A stretch of DNA of 64,000 bases from a bacterium. Its GTDB lineage: Bacteria > Desulfobacterota > DSWW01. Positions 7,601-17,275 of this stretch are shown one piece after another (positions within the stretch are counted from its first letter, which is position 1; each line of letters starts with the position of its first letter). The notes under the pieces were generated by a model. That model was not told the DNA's origin. It made no database searches and worked only from the letters and a program-made list of their open reading frames with translations. The stretch covers positions 1 through 64,000 of the forward strand of contig JBFLZG010000006.1 in NCBI GenBank assembly GCA_040756235.1, written 5' to 3'. The translations under genes and the position numbers were made by a program.

Positions 7601-10600
7601 ATGAACGAAGAGAGCCAGCAAGGTCTGCATGCGGGGACGGCATGGCGCACGCCGGCTGAAGGTCCGGTCGGTGCGATCCTCGTCTCCGGCGCAGGGATCG
7701 CGGGCATCCAGGCCTCCCTGGACCTGGCGAACTCGGGCTTCCGCGTCTACCTCGTGGAGAAGTCCTCTGCCGTGGGCGGCAAGATGGCGGCCCTCGACAA
7801 GACCTTTCCCACCAACGACTGCGCCATGTGCATCGTCTCGCCCAAGCTCGTCGAGGTGGGCAGGCACCCGAACATCCGGATCCTGACGAATGCGGAGCTC
7901 GTCGGCCTCGAGGGAGCTCCGGGCCGCTTCACCGCCCGGGTGCGGCAGCAGCCCCGCTACGTGCGGGGCGACCTCTGCACCGGGTGCGGCTCCTGCACCG
8001 AGGCCTGTCCGGTCGTGCTGCCCAGCGAATTCGACCAGGGCCTCGGCCGGCGCAAGGCGATCCATCGGAAATACCCGCAGGCCATCCCGAACACCTTTGC
8101 CATCACGAAGCGGGGCGTGGCACCCTGCCGGAACGCGTGCCCGGCCGGGGTGAGCGCCCAGGGGTACGTGGCCCTGATCGCGGCGGGCCGGTTCGACGAG
8201 GCCCTGGCGCTGGTCCGCCGGGACAACCCCTTCCCCGGCATCTGCGGCCTGGCGTGTCCCCGTCCCTGCGAGCGGGCGTGCACGCGGCGCCAGGTGGACC
8301 ACGCGGTCCAGATCCGCGCCCTGAAGCGGGTTCTGTTCGAGCACGAGGCCGGGCAGAAAGGCCGGATCGCCCTGCCCGAACCGGGAGCCGAAAAAAAGGA
8401 GAAGGTCGCGGTCGTGGGCGCCGGCCCGGCCGGGCTGACCGCCGCCTACTTCATCCGGCTCAACGGCTACGGGGTCACGGTCTTCGAGGCGGACGGAGAG
8501 CCCGGCGGCAGCCTGCGGAAGATCTTCGAGAAGGTCCTGCCTGCCGCAGTCCGCAAAGCCGAGATCGAGGCCATCTTGAGCCTGGGGGTGCGGCTCGAGC
8601 CGAACCGGCGGATCACGTCCCAGGAGGTCCTCTCGAGGCTGTCGCTGGATTACGACGCGGTGCTCATCGCCACCGGTCCCGAGGGGAAGGAAGGACCGTC
8701 CGACATCGCCGGCACCTTCCGCGAGCACGATCCCGTGACCCTCCACACCCATCTCGGCCGGGTCTTCGTGTGCGGGGAGCAGGCGCTCGGCAGGAAGACC
8801 CTCATCCACGCCATCGGCTCCGGCAGAGAGGCGGCCGTCTCGATCGACCGGTTCCTCAGGCACGCGAACCTCAGGGAGGGCAGGGGGCTCGCCGCGCACG
8901 TGGGCACGCTCACCGACCGGCAGATGGAAGAGGTCCGCATGCAGGCGCTCCTCGAGCCGGTCGAAAAGGGGGAGATCGCCGACCCGGAGGCGGCCAGGGC
9001 CGAGGCTGGCCGGTGCCTGGCGTGCGGCGTCTGCTGCGAATGCTACCGGTGCGTGGCCGCCTGCCCGGCGGGCGCCGTCGATCACGAGGACCGGGAGAGG
9101 GAGCACGAGATCGCGGTCGGCTCGGTCATCCTCGCGCCGGGCTTCGAGACCGTCCCGGGCGAGGTTCGGGCCGAGCTCGGGTACGGTCTCTATCCGAACG
9201 TGGTGACGAGCATCGAATTCGAGAGGATCCTGTCGGCCTCCGGGCCGACCTCGGGACACATCCAACGGCCCGGCGACGGCCGGGAGCCGCGGCGCATCGC
9301 CTGGATCCAGTGCGTCGGCTCCCGGGATGCCTCGTGCAACCGGGATTACTGCTCTTCCGTGTGCTGCATGTATGCGACCAAGGAAGCGCTCATCGCCCGG
9401 GAGCACGACGGGCGCATCGAGCCGACGATCTTCTTCATCGATCTGCGCGCCTTCGGCAAGGGGTTCGACGACTACGTGGCCCAGGCGCAGAACAAGTACG
9501 GCGTGCGTTACGTGCGCGCCATGGTGAGCAAGGTCTACGAGGACCCGCAGACCGGGGACCTGGAGCTGCGCTATGGGAACGAGAAGGGCGACCTCACGAG
9601 CGAGACCTTCGACCTGGTCGTGCTCTCGGTCGGCGTCCAGATCGACCCGGGCGTGAAGGAGCAGGCCAAAAGGCTCGGTGTGGAGGTGGACGGCTTCGGG
9701 TTCACGAACAAGCCGGCCTTCGAGCCCCTGGCGACTTCGCGGCCGGGCGTGTTCAGCTGCGGCGTCTTCAACGGCCCGAAGGACATCCCGGAGACGGTGA
9801 GCGAGGCGAGCGGCGCGGCCGCCTCGGCGAGCGGCCCTCTCGCGCAGGCCCGGGGCAGCCTGGTGAGCGAAGAGGTGTTCCCGCAGGAGGCGGCGATCGA
9901 CGGCCAGGAGCCCAGGGTCGGCGTCTTCGTGTGCCACTGCGGCATCAACATCAGCGCGGTCGTGGACGTCAAGGGGGTCGCCGAGTATGCCCGCAGCCTG
10001 CCGGGCGTCGTCTTTGCGGACAACGTCCTCTACGCGTGCTCCCAGGACAGCCAGGACAAGCTTCGGGAGACGATCCGCAACGAGCGCCTGAACCGGGTCG
10101 TCATCGCCTCGTGCTCGCCGCGCACCCACGAGCCCCTGTTCCAGCAGACCCTGCGCCAGGCGGGCTTGAACAAGTACCTGACCGACATGGCCAACATCCG
10201 CGACCAGTGCTCGTGGGTGCACCGCACCGACCGCGACCGGGCCACCCGCAAGGCGATGCGGCTGACGCGCATGGCCGTGGCGAACGTCCTGCGCAGCGCG
10301 CCCCTGGGCGAGAGCGAGATCCGGATCCGGCCCGAGCTCCTCATCGTGGGCGGCGGCCTGGCCGGCATGAGCGCGGCGCGCGAGGCGGCCCGCCAGGGCT
10401 TCCCGGTGTTCCTGGTCGAGAAGGAAAAGACGCTGGGCGGTTATCTGCGCAGCCTGCGCCGCACCCTGGAAGGGGAGAACGTCGGGCGGTTCCTGGACGA
10501 GCTTCGCAGGGAGGTGCTCGCGGACCCCGGGATCCAGGTGATGACCGAGGCGGTCATCGTGGGCCACACGGGCTATCTCGGAAACTTCGAGACCGAGGTG

Positions 10601-11623
10601 ATGACCTCGGCCGGCGCCAGCCGCACGATCCGGCACGGCGCCGTCCTCGTCGCCACCGGCGGCCGGGAGGCGCGGCCCGACCTCTACGGGCTCGGTTCCA
10701 GAGAGGACGTGATCACCCAGAGCGACTTCGAGCGCCGCATGGCGGACGATCCGGAGAGCCTCGCGGCCGTCCGGGCCGTCCTCATGATCCAGTGCGTGGG
10801 CTCCCGCAACGACGAGCGGCCGTACTGCTCGCGAGTCTGCTGCAACCAGGCGATCAAGAACGCGCTTGCCTGGAAAGAGATCCGGCCCCACGGCCGGGTC
10901 GACGTCCTCTACCGCGACGTACGGAGCTACGGCCTCTCGGAGCTGAAGTACCTGGAGGCCCGCAGGCACGGGGTCAACTTCGTGCGTTACGACCCGGAGA
11001 CGAACCCGGTCGAGGTCTCCTTCGAGGGGGGCGGGATCACCGCCACGCTCGTCGATGTCTCCCTCCAGAGGCGGGTCAGGCTCAAGGGCGACCTCCTCGT
11101 CTGCGCCGTGGGCGTGGAGGCCGCCGAGAACGAAGAGCTCGCCACCCAGCTCAAGGTCCCGCGCAACGATCAGGGATTCTTCATCGAGGCGCACGCCAAG
11201 CTCAGGCCGGTGGACTTCGCCAGCGAGGGTCTGTACCTGGCGGGCCTCGCTCACTATCCCAAGACCGTTGCGGAAACGATCGCACAAGCCAAGGCGGCGG
11301 TGGCCAGGGCCGCAACGGTGCTCTCCAGGCGCACGCTGCGCCTGTCCGGCATCGTCTCTCAGGTGGATCCCGAGCGCTGCGCGGTCTGCCTGACCTGCGT
11401 GCGGGCCTGTCCCTACGGGGTGCCGTTCATCAACGAGCAGCACGCCGCCGAGATCAACCCGGCCCTGTGCCACGGCTGCGGCATCTGTGTGGCCGAGTGC
11501 CCGGCCAAGACCATCACCCTGCACCATTACACGCACGGCCAGATCCTGGCCAAGATCGAGGCCCTGAGCGAAGACGGACCCTCGGCACCTGCTGCGGAGA
11601 GCCGGAGGGCGGAGGCATCGTGA
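7601..11623 (+). CDS. hdrA: Large heterodisulfide reductase subunit A (HdrL-type, two HdrA-like halves plus GltD-like insert)
   Basis: GAGIAG..LDKTFPTNDCAMC, several ferredoxin motifs, two IQCVGSR..YCSxVCC motifs, internal VGVFVCHCG, insert APCxxACP..GAGPAG. Confidence 0.92.
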   Translation: MNEESQQGLHAGTAWRTPAEGPVGAILVSGAGIAGIQASLDLANSGFRVYLVEKSSAVGGKMAALDKTFPTNDCAMCIVSPKLVEVGRHPNIRILTNAELVGLEGAPGRFTARVRQQPRYVRGDLCTGCGSCTEACPVVLPSEFDQGLGRRKAIHRKYPQAIPNTFAITKRGVAPCRNACPAGVSAQGYVALIAAGRFDEALALVRRDNPFPGICGLACPRPCERACTRRQVDHAVQIRALKRVLFEHEAGQKGRIALPEPGAEKKEKVAVVGAGPAGLTAAYFIRLNGYGVTVFEADGEPGGSLRKIFEKVLPAAVRKAEIEAILSLGVRLEPNRRITSQEVLSRLSLDYDAVLIATGPEGKEGPSDIAGTFREHDPVTLHTHLGRVFVCGEQALGRKTLIHAIGSGREAAVSIDRFLRHANLREGRGLAAHVGTLTDRQMEEVRMQALLEPVEKGEIADPEAARAEAGRCLACGVCCECYRCVAACPAGAVDHEDREREHEIAVGSVILAPGFETVPGEVRAELGYGLYPNVVTSIEFERILSASGPTSGHIQRPGDGREPRRIAWIQCVGSRDASCNRDYCSSVCCMYATKEALIAREHDGRIEPTIFFIDLRAFGKGFDDYVAQAQNKYGVRYVRAMVSKVYEDPQTGDLELRYGNEKGDLTSETFDLVVLSVGVQIDPGVKEQAKRLGVEVDGFGFTNKPAFEPLATSRPGVFSCGVFNGPKDIPETVSEASGAAASASGPLAQARGSLVSEEVFPQEAAIDGQEPRVGVFVCHCGINISAVVDVKGVAEYARSLPGVVFADNVLYACSQDSQDKLRETIRNERLNRVVIASCSPRTHEPLFQQTLRQAGLNKYLTDMANIRDQCSWVHRTDRDRATRKAMRLTRMAVANVLRSAPLGESEIRIRPELLIVGGGLAGMSAAREAARQGFPVFLVEKEKTLGGYLRSLRRTLEGENVGRFLDELRREVLADPGIQVMTEAVIVGHTGYLGNFETEVMTSAGASRTIRHGAVLVATGGREARPDLYGLGSREDVITQSDFERRMADDPESLAAVRAVLMIQCVGSRNDERPYCSRVCCNQAIKNALAWKEIRPHGRVDVLYRDVRSYGLSELKYLEARRHGVNFVRYDPETNPVEVSFEGGGITATLVDVSLQRRVRLKGDLLVCAVGVEAAENEELATQLKVPRNDQGFFIEAHAKLRPVDFASEGLYLAGLAHYPKTVAETIAQAKAAVARAATVLSRRTLRLSGIVSQVDPERCAVCLTCVRACPYGVPFINEQHAAEINPALCHGCGICVAECPAKTITLHHYTHGQILAKIEALSEDGPSAPAAESRRAEAS

Positions 11624-12069
11624 ACGCGTTCGATCCGAAAGTGGTCGTGTTCGCCTGCCGGCACTGAGCGTACAGCGCCGCGGACCTGGCAGGTTCCGCC
11701 AGACTCTCCTATCCGGACAACACGAGCATCGTGGTGCTGCCCTGCTCGGGACGTTGCGAGGAGCTGATGATCCTCAAGGCGTTCGAGAACGGTGCGGACG
11801 GCGTGATGGTGGTGGGCTGCCTGGAAGGCGACTGCCACTACCAGTCCGGGAACCTGCGGGCCCGCGCCCGGGTCGGCAGGGCGGCCGGGCTCCTCGCCCG
11901 CATCGGCATCGGCGGCGAGCGGGTGCAGATGTTCAACCTGAGCGCCGGAGAGGGGACCAAGTTCGCCCGCTTCGCGACCGAGATGGTCGAGCGGATCCGC
12001 GGCCTCGGCCCCACGCCGGTCAACGTGGTGCGACAGAAGAAGAAGGGGATGCAAGGAGAAAGCTCATGA
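11620..12069 (+). CDS. mvhD: MvhD/FlpD 2Fe-2S subunit, selenoprotein (in-frame UGA at 11665-11667)
   Basis: GTG overlaps hdrA stop, GGAGG RBS; reads MNAFDPKVVVFACRH-U-AYSAADLAG..PCSGR..GADGV..GCLEGDCHY..GN in one frame. Confidence 0.92.
11680..11699 (+). promoter_or_regulatory. Bacterial SECIS-like hairpin
   Basis: GCGG-ACCT-(GGC)-AGGT-T-CCGC; G-containing apical loop about 20 nt after UGA, bulged U. Confidence 0.75.
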
Positions 12070-12737
12070 TCATGGGCCAGCAGAAGCCGATCGAGGCGAT
12101 CCTCGAGATGCTCGCGCCGTACGGGAAGATCGTGCTCGCGGGGTGCAACGGCTGTGTGACCGTCTGCAGGGCGGGCGGTCAGAAGGAGGTGGAGATCCTG
12201 GGCTCGGCCATCCGGCTCGCCCGGGAGGCTGCGGAGCGCCCCATCGAGCTCAAGGAGGTCACGCTCGAGCGCCAGTGCGACCCGGAATACCTGGAGACGA
12301 TGCGCCCGTTCCTCGAGGACTACGAGGCCGTGCTGTCCATCGCCTGCGGCGCCGGGGTGCAGTTCGTGGCCGAGAAGTTTTCGGCTACGCCGGTGCTGCC
12401 CGGCCTGGACACGACCTTCATCGGCGTCACCGAGAAGCAGGGGGTCTGGGCCGAGCGCTGCCAGGCCTGCGGTGACTGCGTGCTCCATCTGACCGGCGGG
12501 ATCTGCCCGGTGGCCCGGTGCTCCAAGAGCCTGTTCAACGGGCCGTGCGGCGGGACCACGGCCGAAGGCCGGTGCGAGGTGAGCAAGGACGTTCCCTGCG
12601 GCTGGATGATGATCATCGAACGGCTGCGCAAGCTGAACATGCTGGAGAACTACCGCAGGATCCTGCCGATGAAGGGCTGGAGGAAGAGCCGCGACGGCGG
12701 GCCGCGCCGGATCGTGAGGGAGGATCTGACGACATGA
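12066..12737 (+). CDS. metV: MetV (MTHFR C-terminal-like Fe-S/Zn subunit)
   Basis: GCNGCVTVCRAGG, RQCD, CGAGVQ, ERCQACGDC..TGGICP..RCSKSLFNGPCGG; ATGA overlap with mvhD. Confidence 0.9.
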   Translation: MIMGQQKPIEAILEMLAPYGKIVLAGCNGCVTVCRAGGQKEVEILGSAIRLAREAAERPIELKEVTLERQCDPEYLETMRPFLEDYEAVLSIACGAGVQFVAEKFSATPVLPGLDTTFIGVTEKQGVWAERCQACGDCVLHLTGGICPVARCSKSLFNGPCGGTTAEGRCEVSKDVPCGWMMIIERLRKLNMLENYRRILPMKGWRKSRDGGPRRIVREDLTT

Positions 12738-13663
12738 AGACCGCCAGCCGCCTCGAACGCATCCTGAGCGCGGGTCACTTCGCCGTGACCACCGAGTGCG
12801 GGCCGCCGCGCGGGGCCGAGCCTGCCGTCATCCGCAGGAAGGGCGAGATGCTCAAAGGCTTCGTGGACGCGATCAACGTGACGGACAACCAGACCTCGGT
12901 CGTCCGCATGTCGTCGATCGCCTCGTGCGTGATCCTCCAGGGGCTCGGCTTCGACCCGATCGTCCAGATGGTCACCCGCGACCGCAACCGGATCGCCTTG
13001 CAGAGCGACATCCTGGGGGCGGCCGCCCTGGGCATGAACAACCTGCTCTGCCTCTCCGGGGACCATCAGACCTTCGGCGACGATCCGGAAGCCAAGAACG
13101 TCTTCGACCTGGACTCGATCCAGCTCATCCAGCTCGTCAAGAGGATGCGGGACGAGGGGACCTTCCCCTCGGGCAAGAAGATCGAGGGGCCGCCCAGGTT
13201 CTTCATCGGCGCGGCGGAGAACCCGTTCGCCGAGCCTTTCGACATCCGGCCCTTGCGCCTGGCCAAGAAGGTGGAGGCAGGCGTCGACTTCATCCAGACC
13301 CAGTGCATCTACAATCTGGAGCGGTTCGAGAAGTTCATGGACGAGGTGCGCAAGCTCGGCCTGCACAAGGAGATCAAGATCCTGGCGGGCGTGACCCCTC
13401 TGAAGTCCGCGGGCATGGCCAAGTTCATGAAGAAGAACGTGGCCGGGATGGACGTGCCGGACAGCGTGGTCAAGAGGATGGCGGATACGCCCAAGGAGGA
13501 GCAGCCCGCCGCGGGCATCCAGCTCTGCGTGGAGTCGATCCAAAGGCTGCGGCAGATCGAGGGGATCGCGGGCGTGCACGTGATGGCCATCGAGTGGGAG
13601 CAGAAGGTGCCGGAGATCGTCGGGAAGGCCGGCCTGCTGCCGCGGCCCGAGCCGTCGGCCTGA
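12734..13663 (+). CDS. metF: Methylenetetrahydrofolate reductase
   Basis: TECGPPRG, NVTDNQ, RDRNRIALQSD, LSGDH, KKVEAGVDFIQTQ; ATGA overlap with metV. Confidence 0.92.
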   Translation: MKTASRLERILSAGHFAVTTECGPPRGAEPAVIRRKGEMLKGFVDAINVTDNQTSVVRMSSIASCVILQGLGFDPIVQMVTRDRNRIALQSDILGAAALGMNNLLCLSGDHQTFGDDPEAKNVFDLDSIQLIQLVKRMRDEGTFPSGKKIEGPPRFFIGAAENPFAEPFDIRPLRLAKKVEAGVDFIQTQCIYNLERFEKFMDEVRKLGLHKEIKILAGVTPLKSAGMAKFMKKNVAGMDVPDSVVKRMADTPKEEQPAAGIQLCVESIQRLRQIEGIAGVHVMAIEWEQKVPEIVGKAGLLPRPEPSA

Positions 13664-13739
13664 AGCGTGGGCTCGGACCGCCACGGACTCGGTCGAGAGA
13701 GGGGATGTCATCAACGGCTAATGAGGCTATGCCATGCTT

Positions 13740-13940
13740 CGTCATCCCGGCCCGACTGCGAAGCGCGTGAGAGCCGGGATCCAGAACGGTGCACCAAGAC
13801 CAGCTGTGGTAACTGGGCGCAGGGGCTGGATTCCGGCCCGCGCCGGAAATCATGCGGCCGCGCCTCCGAGTCCTCCGGAATGAGTGGTCGCACGAGGGTC
13901 TGACCGGATTCATGAAACACCCTCCTGCGCCGGAATGACG
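13740..13940 (-). repeat. Composite CGTC-type REP doublet plus accessory module
   Basis: CGTCATCCCGGC..GCCGGGATCCAG .. CTGGATTCCGGC..; spacer near-identical (inverted) to 27787-27900. Confidence 0.85.
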
Positions 13941-14026
13941 GACAAGATGCCTGCCGGCACGTCCTCCGGCCAACACGCCCAAGGGCGCAGCCGCTCCGTA
14001 CGGAACGCGTGCCGTGAACTGACCCC

Positions 14027-15490
14027 ATGACCAAGAACGCACACGACCGCAAGGCGCTGGATTCCCTCGGCCGCAGGCTGTTCGTGGTGGGGCCGGACTA
14101 CGCGATCCTTGCGGCCAACCGCCTGGCGGCCGCCGACCCGTCCGGGGCCGAGGGGCGCACGTGCTTTCAGTACTTCCACGGCCGCACGGAGCCTTGCCCG
14201 GCGTGTCCCGCAGCCGAAGCGTTCCGTTCGAAGAAGCCGGTCGTGCGGGCCATGAAGGGGCCCATGCGGGAAAAAGGGGAGGGCCGCTGCAAACAGGCCA
14301 CCCCGATCCTGTCGCAGGGCGAGATCGAGGCGGTGACGGTCCTGGACCTCGACCTCGTCACCATGAGCAGCCTGGAAAGCGAGCTCAAGCGCTCCAACGC
14401 GTTCCTCCGGAACCTCATCATGAGCTCGGTCGACGCCGTGATCGCTGCGGACCGGAGCGGCAAGATCCTCATCTTCAACGAAGCGGCCTCGGCCATCAGC
14501 GGCTACAGCATGGAGGAGGCCCTGACGATCCTGAACATCCGGAACTTCTACCCCGGCGACCAGGCGTGGGAGGTGATGCGCAAGCTCCGCAGCGAAGATT
14601 ACGGAGGCAAGGGCAAGCTCAAGTCCTACCAGGTGGACTGTCTGCGCAAGGACGGCACGACCGTTCCCATCAGCCTGTCGGCCGCCATCGTCTATGAGGG
14701 GGACCGCGAGGTGGCTTCGGTCGGTTTCTTCCACGACCTCAGGGAGCGGATCGACATGGAGCGCAAGCTCCAGAAGACCCAGATCCAGCTCCTCCAGGCC
14801 GAGAAGATGGCGTCCCTGGGAAAGCTTGCCGCCGGCGTGGCCCACCAGCTCAACAATCCCCTGGGCGGGATCACGCTGTACGGACAGCTCATGCTGGAGG
14901 AATACCCGCTCGTGGAGGCGGCCCAGTCCGATCTCAGGCGCATCCTGGACGACGCGGAGAGGTGCCGCAACACGATCCGGGAGCTGCTCGAGTTCGCCCG
15001 TCAGACCCGGCAGGAGATCCGGCTGAACGACGTGAACCACGCCCTCTCCCAGACTCTTTTCCTGCTCGAGAACCAGTCGCTGTTTCACAACATCGAGATC
15101 GTGAAGGAGCTGGACCCGTCCCTGCCCAAAGTGCCCTCGGACATCCAGCAGCTCAACCACGTCTTCATGAATGTCATTCTCAACGCGGCCGAAGCCATGG
15201 AAGGAGAGGGCCGGCTCCGGGTGCGGACCTTCCGGAGCGAGGACGACGCTCACGCGGTCATCCAGATCGCGGACACCGGGCCCGGCATCGCCGAGGACGT
15301 CCTGCCCCACATCTTCGAGCCTTTCTTCACCACCAAGGAGGAGGGCAAAGGGACCGGCCTCGGCCTGAGCCTGGTCTACGGGATCATCGAGAACCACGAC
15401 GGCCGCATCCAGGTGGCGAGCGAGGTGGGCAAGGGAGCGACCTTCTCGATTTACCTGCCCCTCAGGCAGAACGCAGAAGGCTGTCCATAA
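14027..15490 (+). CDS. PAS-PAS histidine kinase (NtrB-like)
   Basis: [21 protein letters not shown]-box, NAAEAM, DTGPGI, FFTTK, GTGLGL; Cys-rich first PAS. Confidence 0.92.
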   Translation: MTKNAHDRKALDSLGRRLFVVGPDYAILAANRLAAADPSGAEGRTCFQYFHGRTEPCPACPAAEAFRSKKPVVRAMKGPMREKGEGRCKQATPILSQGEIEAVTVLDLDLVTMSSLESELKRSNAFLRNLIMSSVDAVIAADRSGKILIFNEAASAISGYSMEEALTILNIRNFYPGDQAWEVMRKLRSEDYGGKGKLKSYQVDCLRKDGTTVPISLSAAIVYEGDREVASVGFFHDLRERIDMERKLQKTQIQLLQAEKMASLGKLAAGVAHQLNNPLGGITLYGQLMLEEYPLVEAAQSDLRRILDDAERCRNTIRELLEFARQTRQEIRLNDVNHALSQTLFLLENQSLFHNIEIVKELDPSLPKVPSDIQQLNHVFMNVILNAAEAMEGEGRLRVRTFRSEDDAHAVIQIADTGPGIAEDVLPHIFEPFFTTKEEGKGTGLGLSLVYGIIENHDGRIQVASEVGKGATFSIYLPLRQNAEGCP

Positions 15491-15602
15491 ATGCCCATCT
15501 GCTGCGTTGCACTCATCCCTCGTCATTGCAGCGTACTTCCTTGTACGCCTCATTCCTCGGGATTTCGTGCGCCTTGCATCTGGACATTTCTGAACAGCCT
15601 TC
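15476..15602. mobile_element. MITE-like element with imperfect terminal inverted repeats (family E)
   Basis: GAAGGCTGTCCATAAATGCCCATCTGC ... GCATCTGGACATTTCTGAACAGCCTTC; homologues at 50930, 60139, 62592. Confidence 0.75.
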
Positions 15603-15645
15603 AGGAGCAGAATTCTTGGACAGGCTCCTAGAAAAGGAGTAGCCC

Positions 15646-17139
15646 GTGAGCCCGGACGTGCCGAGCCTTTCGGTGCTGGTGGTGGACGACGAGCGGGACA
15701 TCCGCGACGGCTGTGAGCGGATCCTGGTGCGCAAGGGCTGCAAGGTCACGAAGGCGCAGAACGGCCGGGAAGCGCTGGATTGCATGGCGCGGGAATCATT
15801 CGACATCCTGCTGCTCGATCTCAAGATGCCGGGCATGGACGGGCTCGAGATCCTGCGCCGGGTCCAGGAGGCGTATCCGGGCACCCTCGTCATCGTGATC
15901 ACGGGGTATGCGACGATCGAGACCGCGATCGAGGCGATGAAGCGGGGCGCCTATGATTTCATCCCCAAGCCGTTCAAGCCGGACCAGCTCCGCATCGTCC
16001 TCGACCGGGCTGCGGAGCGGATCCGACTGACCGAGGAGGCCAGGCGCCTGGAGCGCGAGCGGTTGCGCACCCTCCACGACCTCGCCACAGAAAAGAGCCG
16101 GACCCAGACCATCCTGCAGTCCCTGCCGGACGGCGTCCTGGTGACCACGCCCGACGGCCGGGTGGCGCTGGCGAACCCGGCCTGCGCCCGCATCCTGTCC
16201 CTGAGGGAAGCGCCGGGCCCCGGCCAGCCGGTGAGCGCCTGGGTGGGGGACGGGGGCTTCGCCGAGTTCGTGGCCCGCACCTCGCGCGGCGAGGTCCCGG
16301 CCGGCGCTTCGAGCCTCACCTACGACTTCTCTCCCGGGGAGCGCAGGTATCTCAGGGCCCATTCCACGCCCGTTCTCGGGGAGACCGGGGAATGTCTCGG
16401 CGCCGTGACGCTGCTGATGGACATCACGGAGCTGAAGATGCTCGACATGCTGAAATCGGAGTTCGTGGCCCACGTGTCCCACGAGCTGCGCTCGCCCCTC
16501 TCCACGATCCACCAGCAGCTGGGCATGGTGCTGGGCGAGCTGGTGGGCGACGTCCCGCCCGAGCAGCGGCACCTGCTCGCCCGGGCCAAGGAGAAGACCC
16601 AGGGGCTCATCTCCTTCATCGGCGACCTGCTCGACCTGTCCCGGATCGAGTCCGGCATCGTGCTCCAGGAGCGCCGGGCTCTGGACGTGGGGGGCGTCAT
16701 CAGGGGCGTGGTCGACTTCATGGCCTCCAGGGCGAGGAGCCGGGGGCAGACCCTCACGCTCCAGGTCGCGGACGGGCGGAAGCCGATGGTGGAGTGCGAT
16801 CCCCAGGCCATCGAGGTGGTCTTCGGCAACCTCATCTCGAACGCCCTGAACTACACGCCGGAGGGAGGCGCGATCGACGTCCGGGTGATGGCGGACGACC
16901 GCGAGGTCCGGGTGGCGGTGCGGGACAACGGGTTCGGGATCGAGAAGAGACACCTGGAGAAGATCTTCGAGAAGTTCTACCGGGTCAAGGACGACAAGAC
17001 CCGCCACATCACGGGGACCGGCCTGGGCCTGCCCATCGTCAAAGGAATTCTCGACACCATGGGCGGAGCGATCGAAGTGGAATCCGAGCCCGGCGCCGGA
17101 ACCACCTTCACGGTCCACCTGCCGGCCCTGCGGGGCTGA
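15646..17139 (+). CDS. REC-PAS-histidine kinase hybrid
   Basis: VVDDE..LLDLKMP..KPF receiver; VSHELRSPL H-box; SNALNY, DNGFGI, GTGLGL; AAGGAG RBS. Confidence 0.92.
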   Translation: MSPDVPSLSVLVVDDERDIRDGCERILVRKGCKVTKAQNGREALDCMARESFDILLLDLKMPGMDGLEILRRVQEAYPGTLVIVITGYATIETAIEAMKRGAYDFIPKPFKPDQLRIVLDRAAERIRLTEEARRLERERLRTLHDLATEKSRTQTILQSLPDGVLVTTPDGRVALANPACARILSLREAPGPGQPVSAWVGDGGFAEFVARTSRGEVPAGASSLTYDFSPGERRYLRAHSTPVLGETGECLGAVTLLMDITELKMLDMLKSEFVAHVSHELRSPLSTIHQQLGMVLGELVGDVPPEQRHLLARAKEKTQGLISFIGDLLDLSRIESGIVLQERRALDVGGVIRGVVDFMASRARSRGQTLTLQVADGRKPMVECDPQAIEVVFGNLISNALNYTPEGGAIDVRVMADDREVRVAVRDNGFGIEKRHLEKIFEKFYRVKDDKTRHITGTGLGLPIVKGILDTMGGAIEVESEPGAGTTFTVHLPALRG

Positions 17140-17275
17140 CAGGCCGTTGAAAAGAGCCCCTTCTGCCTGACATCCCGGGTTCAATCAACCATCAAGATCT
17201 GCCCTTCTTCTTCCTCGGTGAAGGGGCTGCCGCTCTGGAGCCGGAGGACGCAGCCGGCTTTCGCCGCGAGTCTTC

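Noticed and set aside
7010..11667. Very long alternative-frame ORFs (1508 aa minus strand, 1279 aa plus strand) over hdrA, and similar ones across the window
   Set aside because: Shadow ORFs from high GC3 codon bias with no motifs; only the last 16 codons of 7828..11667 are real (mvhD N-terminus)
11665..11667. mvhD as a pseudogene with a premature stop
   Set aside because: The stop is UGA at a conserved Cys position, a SECIS-like hairpin follows and the rest of the gene is intact
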